Assembly: GCA_012026655.1 (NCBI GenBank) | Contig: JAAILG010001971.1 | Span: 1 to 59,473 of the forward strand | DNA length: 59,473 nt | Source of the DNA: Hydrolagus affinis | Lineage: Eukaryota | Reading direction: 5' to 3' | In this document: positions 58,891 through 59,473 of the stretch, piece after piece | Layout: every line of letters starts with the position of its first letter | Numbering within the stretch: position 1 is the stretch's first letter | Notes under the pieces: model-generated | The model's database searches: none | The model's input: only the letters and a program-made list of their open reading frames with translations | Told to the model about the DNA's origin: nothing | Made by a program: the position numbers and the translations under genes

Positions 58891-59473
58891 TTTAGTAGTA
58901 GTAGTTTTGGTGTAACTTTAGAAGAATGCTAATTTCTTGCGCTTGTTTCAAATAGCTAGCAATGGAGCTCCGATTGACTTGGATTTTGTGCAGTGTGATT
59001 AAGAGGTTGAAGGCTATTCGATCTCTACATAATTAGTACAGGAGTCAGACCTGCTTGTTGGGAATCGTCGGTCGGGTTGTCTGCTGTGTATTTGATGCCA
59101 AAACAGCAACGATGGGGCTTGCGGAAGGCAAGAGAGTGCGTGTTTCCAGATGTGCTCATTATTATCTGCTTGGCCCTTTTGGAAGGAATTTTAACATGGA
59201 AAACAACATGCCCAAAATTGGGATCAATAAGGATCTCCAGACTGTGTGTGTCTGGTGTATGAGGAGGGAACGGTTGGGAAGATCACTGGCACTTTGCTGC
59301 AAGATGATATCCTCTGCTATGCACATATTTTTAAAGAGATTTTCCAAAGCCTGGATTGGTAATTGTGAAGGTTGAGCTCAGCAGTTCCTAAATATCTGCG
59401 TTTTCCTAAATAACGTTTCCGTCTCAGTGCCCCCTCTTGTGTCTCTTTCTCCACACACTCATCACCCCCCCCG

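Noticed and set aside
58474-59375. ORFs downstream of the SPTLC2 stop as a neighbouring gene
   Set aside because: No recognisable protein similarity, including to isthmin, and no coherent exon boundaries.

Overview
Vertebrate genomic DNA, repeat-rich, with one 100-N gap at 7107-7206. The repeat content (CR1 and L2 LINE relics, Deu-domain SINEs, one abundant tRNA-derived SINE) suggests a cartilaginous fish, possibly a holocephalan; this is inference. The window holds 11 coding exons of a + strand serine palmitoyltransferase long-chain base subunit 2 gene (SPTLC2), equivalent to human exons 2-12. The spliced CDS is join(11873..12067,14460..14614,15637..15785,17014..17138,17953..18046,20110..20215,22012..22231,24768..24894,48187..48322,48977..49106,56735..56854): 1557 nt, 518 aa plus stop, all GT-AG and phase-consistent. 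Exon 1 was not found and probably lies upstream. The rest is intron, about 30 SINE copies or fragments, L2 and CR1 relics, and a repeat-poor putative 3' UTR. I see no convincing novel multi-gene system. The best leads are: a candidate stop-containing alternative exon in the 23-kb intron 9, an Asp at the normally conserved His216 position, a TIR-bounded non-autonomous element, inverted SINE pairs around exons, and an enhancer-like repeat-free block in intron 9. Repeat boundaries were judged by eye and are approximate.
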